Below are positions 7,739 through 14,595 of a stretch of 14,595 bases of DNA, in pieces. Below the pieces are notes generated by a model. The model made no database searches, was not told where the DNA came from, and worked only from the letters and a program-made list of their open reading frames with translations. Origin of the DNA: Piromyces finnis finn. Lineage: Eukaryota > Fungi > Neocallimastigomycota. How positions within the stretch are numbered: the stretch's first letter is position 1; each line of letters begins with the position of its first letter. A program made the translations under genes and the position numbers. Where the stretch lies: NCBI GenBank assembly GCA_002104945.1, contig MCFH01000220.1:1-14595 (forward strand). The letters are read 5' to 3'.

Positions 7739-8767
7739 ATTGGTAAGGTTCTGTTAATAATAGGAATAATAAATATTTGAATTTAATACTTATTTTTATT
7801 TTTATTTTTCTGGTATATCGTTTTTATTAGAACTTCTCTTTTTATTTTATATAATTTATACATTTAAAGTTTAATATCAATTATCAATACTTTTAATTAT
7901 TAATTTCGGAAATAAACAAAAAAAATACATTAAATCTTAATAAATAAAAGATATTTTAATAACTAAACAATAAAAATAATAAGTTGTTTAATTTTATAAA
8001 TAATATAGTTTAATAATTTAAAAATAAGTTTAATTTAGAATATAATAGTAGTTCAATTTAATAAAAATAAAATTTAATTAAAATATTTACACTTAGATAA
8101 ATAATATTAATTTATTAATTAAAAATTCAGTTAACTTAATATGATAATAATGATAAATGGTTAAGCTATTTTAATATAAAAACATTATATCATTATTCCT
8201 TATCAACAAAAGTGTCACAATAACATATATAAAAATTTAAAAAATTTGGACACATGGAAAAATTAAAATTTTTTTTAAAATTTGAAAATTTGAAAAAATT
8301 TATTTTTTAAATTTTTATTAAAAATTTCAAAGTATAAAATTTCTAATATTTGAAATTATTAAATTTTTTAAAATTATTAAATTTATTATTAAAAATTTTA
8401 TTTTAAATTTATTAACTATTTACAATAATATATTAATTATTAATTTATAAAAATTAATATTTTATAATTAGATAATAATTAATTAAAATTAAAAATGTAA
8501 TAATTAAAATTGTTCATGTATAAAAAGAACAAAAATTGACAAAAATTACGAAGCTTTAGCGTTAGTAATTTTTTAACTTAAAGTTAATAAAATTTATAAA
8601 CTTCTATAAAACCAAAAACTTTAAAAATTTTAATATTTTTAATAACTTAATATATGCTGATATTAAGTTATTGCTAAAATAAAAATATTATTTAAATTTC
8701 TTTATATAAATATTATTAGCTTTACGCCTTCAATAGGAAAGCGTATTATATTTGTTAATTAATATAA

Positions 8768-8815
8768 TAGTGTGCTTACCACACTTTTCTTTAATAAAAA
8801 ATCGCTTTTTGACAA
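8768..8815. repeat. 48-bp dispersed repeat with small hairpin, copy 2
   Basis: Near-identical to 6283-6330. Confidence 0.9.
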
Positions 8816-9104
8816 CGATGCAATATATTTCAAAAACACCATAACTAAAATATAATTGTGAACATTAGCAATAGGGAATGAGAGATGAATAATATATTAG
8901 ATAATATTGTATTATTTCTATTTATATAATAAAAAAAATATAAAAACAAATATAAAATAATAAATTTTATAATAATATAATTAAATAGATTTTGGTTTAG
9001 AGTTTCTTTATTTAATTATTATTATATTATGATTATAAGATTAATAAATCAATACTAGTAGAATCGAAAGTTATTATTTAATAAATATTGTAACGATATC
9101 AAGT

Positions 9105-9858
9105 TGTAATAATTATATTATATTTATTATATAATAATAATTATTAGCTTTAAATTAATAATATAAACTATTATTAAAATGTGAAAAAAGGTAAAATTAG
9201 AAACTTAACTTAATGAGTTTATTATAAGAAATTATAATAAACAAACACCAATGTATCAGAATTATTTGTGTATTTAATAGTTTTTTAATATTTATTTTAT
9301 ACTTATTATTTTGTATAAAGTTATTTATTATAATTAATCTTATAATAATAACTCTTGATTTCTCAATCGAACTCAAGAGTACTATTTATATGTTTTATTT
9401 TATTAAATTAAAATTTCTAAGAACATTCTAATCTTACAAAAATCTTTTTAGGAAAAGACTAGAAGAAAACCTAAAAAGTTATTTGATTGATATTCTATCA
9501 TACCAATCATCGTAATATTAAGTAAGACCGTCGATAACGGGTAAACCTTAATATCCGATTTCCTATTACATACTAATATATAGTTGTATAATATTATTAA
9601 TGTATTAGTATGTGTTTTATCTTTTATAATACAAGTATATATAAATGAATGTATAAATACATAATTAAATAAATTAATTAATCTAATATAGTGAATGAAT
9701 AATTATTAACTAAATAAATATTTACAATATTTACTTAACAAATAACTATAATAATAAATAAATATATTAATATAATCTAATGGATTAATGATTATTAACT
9801 AAATAAATTATTTGTAATGTTTAATACTAAGAATAAATAATAAGTATTTATTCTTACA
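9105..9858 (+). repeat. Family-3 repeat copy a, termini TGTAATAAT..TTCTTACA
   Basis: Inverted homology to 10468-11093 (ataataactcttga; agg.aaagactaga..agaaaacc; ttaatatccg.ttcctat; aatagttttttaa), with matching termini in both copies. Confidence 0.65.
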
Positions 9859-9864
9859 CAAGTA

Positions 9865-10464
9865 TGGTACAACCTGTTTATTTTGTTTGTACCTTTATAT
9901 GGATCAATACAACTAGATGAATAAAACAATTATATATTATAATGAAATAACACAACAATAAAAATGATTTTTATTTTTATGTATTATGTTTATATTCTTT
10001 TTATTTATCTTTGATCAATAATGTACTATTAATGATTTAAACTCTTATAATAGAAATAAATAAGTATAATTCACTAGATTATAATCTGAATATCACTATT
10101 AATTCCTACTTAAATCTAATAATAATATTATTTATCTATCTAGTATTATCACTTATGCCTATTTTCTTATTATTATTTTTATTATCTTTTATATCGTTTC
10201 TTCCCTTTTAATATTTATTAATTCTCTTTTATTAAATACTCTTTGTTGTAATTAAGGTTTTAGTCTTTTAATTAATTTTATTTATAATTTTTATTTTAGT
10301 TATTGCTATAAGCGTTATTAATTAAATCAATAATTGTTAGCTTATAAATTATATATTAAATTTTTATTAAACCTAAAATACTTAAAGTAGAATTATTATT
10401 AGTAAAATTAAAGGTTAAATTGGAATTCCTATGCTCTTATATTTTTTCTGAATCAGTCGTACCA
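9865..10464 (+). repeat. ~600-bp diverged direct repeat ('core'), copy 2
   Basis: See 6331-6964; TGGTAC at 9865-9870 and GTACCA at 10459-10464. Confidence 0.65.
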
Positions 10465-10467
10465 AGT

Positions 10468-11093
10468 TGTAAGAAATTAGAATTAAACTTAAGTAATTCT
10501 ATATTTCTTATTAAAATGTATACATTTTTCATGTTTTATTTTATTAATATTTTATAAATGTAACAATCCTTATTATGTAATATGTGTAATGTAAATTAAA
10601 TTGTAGTCTTATTTTAAATTATATTAAACATTTTATTTAATTATTTAGTATATTTTATTATCTAAATTAAAATTAAAGTAAAATTGATAGGAACCGGATA
10701 TTAAATATTTTTCCTATCACAAATAGGTTTTGATTTAATTATTCGGTGATTAATAAGAATAGATTATTAATCGAATCCTTCTAGGGTTTTCTTATCTAGT
10801 CTTTCCCTAGAAGATTTATTTGTTAGACTAGAAAATTTTTAATTTAACCCAAAATTTTAAATTCTTATAAATAAAACAACTCTCGAATTTAATTAAAAAA
10901 TTCAAGAGTTATTATTTTTTCTTTGTAAGAAAAAATAAACTCAAAACTTATTAAGAGAAGTTTTAATAAAATTTTTTAAAAAACTATTATTCAAAAATTT
11001 AAAATATAAGAATAAAACAAAACATTAAAGATACGTATTACTCATTTTGTGAATATAGTTATATTATTATATTACTTACAGTGTATTATTACA
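10468..11093 (-). repeat. Family-3 repeat copy b, inverted relative to copy a
   Basis: On the minus strand it starts TGTAATAAT (11093) and ends TTCTTACA (10468); internal anchors match 9277-9570. Confidence 0.65.
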
Positions 11094-11169
11094 TTGTAGT
11101 AAGAATGTACATATATAATTAAAATTATATATTAAATTCTTACACAACAAAATGACACACGTTCAAATA

Positions 11170-12045
11170 TACCTTAATTCTAAATAAGCTTAGAAAGTGA
11201 TATATTTGTGTGTAATTGAATGATTTATTTTTACTTGCTCATTCTACAAGTTTATATAATTATTAAATATAATTTAAAGTTGTAAAAACACATCTTGTTT
11301 TATAATATTAGTTTATTTATTTAAAATAAATGTATAATACATCTCGCTATGTATTATAAAAAAAAATATATTAATTTATTATAATTTTAAAATATTCTAA
11401 TTTTCCTGGCTAATTAGTAACAATCTTTAAAAATATATTTTCTATTTCTATTTATAATAAATATTACATTTAAGTTTGTTTATAAACAAAAGTTGTTTGT
11501 ATTTTTTACATTTTTAAAATTTAATTAAACATTTATATTTTATATTATTTTGATTATTTACTATTATTAATTTATATTAAGTTTATATAATTTTAAAATC
11601 AGCTATTCTATTAATTCATTATTTATAAATTTCATTCTTTATCAAAAATGATACAAAGAGGATATTATCTTAATTCTATAAATGAATATAGAAAGTGATA
11701 ATATTTGTATCTAAAATTTAATAAATAAAAATAAATAAGAAAATAAAAATAGAATAAATGATTTTTATACTTGTTCATTTGCAAGTCTTTGTTAGTTTAA
11801 AATATAAAATTATTTTATTTAATTATAAAGTTTAATATTTAATAACTCTTGTATTATTAAATATATATATGTTATTGTTTAATACATCTTGAATGTATGT
11901 AAATATAATCACAACTATTATTTTAATAAAATTTAATATTATTATCTAATTTTTACTGGATTATTAGGAACATCTTTTAAAATAAAATAATTCTATCACT
12001 ATTTATACAAAATTATTATTTTAAAGTATAATTATAAACAAATAT
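11170..12045. repeat. Old diverged tandem duplication, period about 500-560 bp
   Basis: Ordered anchors occur twice: taattcta..tagaaagtgata, tacttg.tcatt, aatacatct.g, tctaatttt.ctgg.t.attag.aaca, ttctat..ctatttata, tataaacaaa. Confidence 0.65.
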
Positions 12046-12055
12046 AAACTATTTA

Positions 12056-12163
12056 TTTAAAAATAAATAAACAATTAAATAGACAAAAAGTTTACATTTA
12101 TAGTTTTTAATTTAATAATTTTTACATGTTAATTATTTTAATTTTCAACTATCTGTGTTTTAA

Positions 12164-12218
<55 letters not shown>

Positions 12219-12486
12219 TTATTATTATATAATTTAAAAATAAATAAACAATTAAATAGACAAAAAGTTTACATTTATAGTTTTTAATTTAATAATTTTA
12301 TACATGTTAATTATTTTTAATTTTCAACTATCTGTGTTTTTAATATTATTATTATTATTCTTATTATTATTATTATATTTAAAAATAAATAAACAATTAA
12401 AATAGACAAAAAGTTTACATTTATAGTTTTTAATTTAATAATTTATACATGTTAATTATTTTAATTTTCAACTATCTGTGTTTTAA

Positions 12487-12550
<64 letters not shown>

Positions 12551-12580
12551 TTATTATTATTATTTTATTATTATTATAAA
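12056..12580. repeat. Compound tandem repeat: three ~110-bp units, each followed by an (ATT)n tract
   Basis: agacaaaaagtttacatttatag...caactatctgtg begins at 12081, 12258 and 12404; ATT tracts differ in length. Confidence 0.97.
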
Positions 12581-13043
12581 TTCATAATTTATAAATTTAA
12601 TTATTTACCAAAATGTTACGGTTCGAGGAATTTACTTTTATTTATAAAAATATTAATAAATTTATTAATACTCAAAAATATATTAAAATGAAATAAGAAA
12701 ATTGTTTTATTAAGGTATTAATATAAAATTATAAAATAAAATAAAATAAAAATAAAATATCTGTATATTCTCTAATTCTTATAATATACACCTTTTTATA
12801 CTTTTTGTAAAAATTAAGTAGTGTTAATTAAAAGAATTAGTCTTTAATTATTTACATTAATTTTAGTATTTAAATTACTTTTAAATGAATAATAAAATTA
12901 CATTACTATTATAATAAATATTTATACATATTATTAAATTGATTAACATACATTAAAAGTTTACTTTAAATATTTAACTAAAGAATTTTACTATTTTACA
13001 GAAATATTATTCATAATTTTAATTAATAAAAATTCATTAACTT

Positions 13044-13289
13044 GATAAATTAAACTAAAAGTTCAATAAACTATAATTTTCAATATATTATTATTACTAA
13101 ATTAATTTTTAAGTTTAATAAAATAAAATTTAAGTTCAATAAAAAATAATTATTAATAATTTTAAAGATAAATTAAACTAAAAGTTCAATAAACTATAAT
13201 TTTCAATATATTATTATTACTAAATTAATTTTTAAGTTTAATAAAATAAAATTTAAGTTCAATAAAAAATAATTATTAATAATTTTAAA
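13044..13289. repeat. Perfect 123-bp tandem duplication
   Basis: 13044-13166 and 13167-13289 read identical base by base. Confidence 0.95.
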
Positions 13290-13435
13290 TATAATTTAAG
13301 TGTATACATTAATTTACAAATAAGAATATTGTAAAGTTTTCATACATTTAGGAACAATAATGGATTAGGTCATAATCATTAATTATGACAAGAATAACAT
13401 TATTTGTTGGTTCCTTAACAAAAAAATTAAAAGTG

Positions 13436-13509
13436 GCTCGCGTAGCCTAATTGGATAGGGCGTCAGACTTCTAATCTGAAGATTGCGGGTTCGAGTCCCG
13501 CCGTGAGTG
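13436..13509 (+). tRNA. tRNA-Arg, anticodon TCT, intronless, no encoded CCA
   Basis: Acceptor GCTCGCG/CGTGAGT, D-arm GCCT..GGGC, anticodon arm TCAGA-CTTCTAA-TCTGA (TCT at 13470-13472), T-arm GCGGG-TTCGAGT-CCCGC, discriminator G. Closely resembles fungal tRNA-Arg(UCU). Confidence 0.98.
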
Positions 13510-13511
13510 AA

Positions 13512-13521
13512 TTTTTTTTTT
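13512..13521 (+). terminator. RNA polymerase III terminator (T10)
   Basis: T-run starts 2 nt after the tRNA discriminator. Confidence 0.9.
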
Positions 13522-13700
13522 AATTTTTAGAGAAATTCTTAGCAAAATTTTTAGGATCAGTGAACCAATTAGATTGCGAGACGGGAGTCAATCGATAGAA
13601 AAGACAATATAAATTTTCAGACGGCAATATATTGCAATGGACAGCAATATGCGGCGAAAAGGTACGAAAAACACATGGCAATAGTAGGGGTGAGAGATGA

Positions 13701-13724
13701 GGGATGAGGGGTGAGGGGTGAGGG
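13701..13724 (+). other. G-quadruplex-consensus motif in (TGAGGG[G])n-like repeats
   Basis: GGG-ATGA-GGGG-TGA-GGGG-TGA-GGG, plus a fifth G4 run at 13687-13690. Confidence 0.7.
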
Positions 13725-13770
13725 TAGAAACAGGTAGTAGAAATAAATTGAAATGCTATTTTTAAATAAT

Positions 13771-14365
13771 AATAATATTTTTATGAATAATATTTATATG
13801 ATATATTTTTATGAATAATATTTATTAATTTTATATGAATAAATTTTGAATTTATATATGAATAATATTTATATGAATAATATTTTTATGAATAATATTT
13901 TATGAATAATATTTTTATGAATAGTTTTACTATGAATAATATTTTTATGAATAATATTTATATGAATAATATTTTTATGAATAGTTTTACTATGAATACT
14001 ATTTTTATGAATAATATTTTTATGAATAATATTTATATGAATAATATTTATATGAATAATATTTATAGAATAATATTTTTATGAATAATATTTATATGAA
14101 TAATATTTATATGAATAATATTTTTATGAATAATATTTTTATGAATAATATTTATATGAATAATATTTTTATGAATAATATTTATATGAATAGTTTTACT
14201 ATGAATAATATTTTTATGAATAATATTTTTATGAATAGTTTTACTATGAATACTATTTTTATGAATAATATTTTTATGAATAGTTTTACTATGAATAATA
14301 TTTATATGAATAATATATTTTATGAATAGTTTTACTATGAATACTATTTATATGAATAATTTTTC
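13771..14365. repeat. 15-bp minisatellite, about 40 units, four main variants
   Basis: Units atgaataatattttt, atgaataatatttat, atgaatagttttact, atgaatactattttt; degenerate at both edges. Confidence 0.98.
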
Positions 14366-14595
14366 TATGGATATTTTATAATTGATAGGAACAAAATAAA
14401 TTTATTATAAACATAAACTATAATATGAATAATACACTAAATAATACTATGAATAACTTAAATAGTAAATAAAGTATACTCTTATACTTTGTATATTTAT
14501 GTATTTTACTATTACCAATATTTATTTTTATGTTTTAAATTTATTAAATTCATACTATTTTTATTATATTATTATCAATAATATTATTAATTTAA

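Noticed and set aside
7739-7755. CA-at-TGGTAAGG as a tRNA PBS for family 2
   Set aside because: I cannot match it to a tRNA 3' end I know, the other arm lacks it, and the opposite end has a competing TGGTAC; left unresolved.
9430-9510. Short frame NLFRKRLEENLKSYLIDILSY resembling RT
   Set aside because: Closed by stops within about 25 codons and not preserved in the inverted copy near 10790-10830.
12056-12580. CRISPR-like array
   Set aside because: Repeats are ~110 bp, the intervening sequence is only (ATT)n, there are no cas genes and the context is eukaryotic.
12449-12691. 80-aa ORF with poly-Ile
   Set aside because: Translation of the (ATT)n microsatellite.
13436-13509. tRNA-Arg(TCT) as primer for the local retroelements
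   Set aside because: Its complement (TGGCACTCACG..) was not seen next to any LTR-like end in the window.
13902-14329. Two MNNIF-repeat ORFs as real CDS
   Set aside because: They arise automatically from a 15-bp ATG-containing unit, have no unique flanking domain and are broken by single-base indels.

Overview
Extremely AT-rich eukaryotic DNA with no intact protein-coding gene. The composition, a CCA-less tRNA with a Pol III T-run, and Ty3/Gypsy content suggest an anaerobic gut fungus (Neocallimastigomycota); this assignment is inference only. Bases 1-3324 are the 5' part of a decayed minus-strand Ty3/Gypsy retrotransposon (5' LTR 2709-3324, leader, gag with CCHC knuckle, aspartic protease, start of the pre-RT region running off the left edge). 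Its gag is split by a 611-bp solo LTR of the same family with a TTAAA target-site duplication. The element itself appears inserted into a third LTR copy (3325-3753), which in turn interrupts a different repeat. The best signal is an apparent tRNA-independent, Tf1-type self-priming site: the 11 nt after the 5' LTR are the exact complement of an LTR 11-mer lying 35 nt from a TATAAATA box, and they overlap a competing 11-bp U5 hairpin. Bases 3.9-11.1 kb are non-coding layers of long inverted and direct repeats, including a twice-seen 'inverted arm - TGGTAC core GTACCA - inverted arm' layout. The right end holds tandem duplications, tRNA-Arg(TCT) at 13436-13509, a G-quadruplex-type TGAGGG island and a 15-bp minisatellite. 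All alignments were done by eye, so identities of diverged repeats are approximate.
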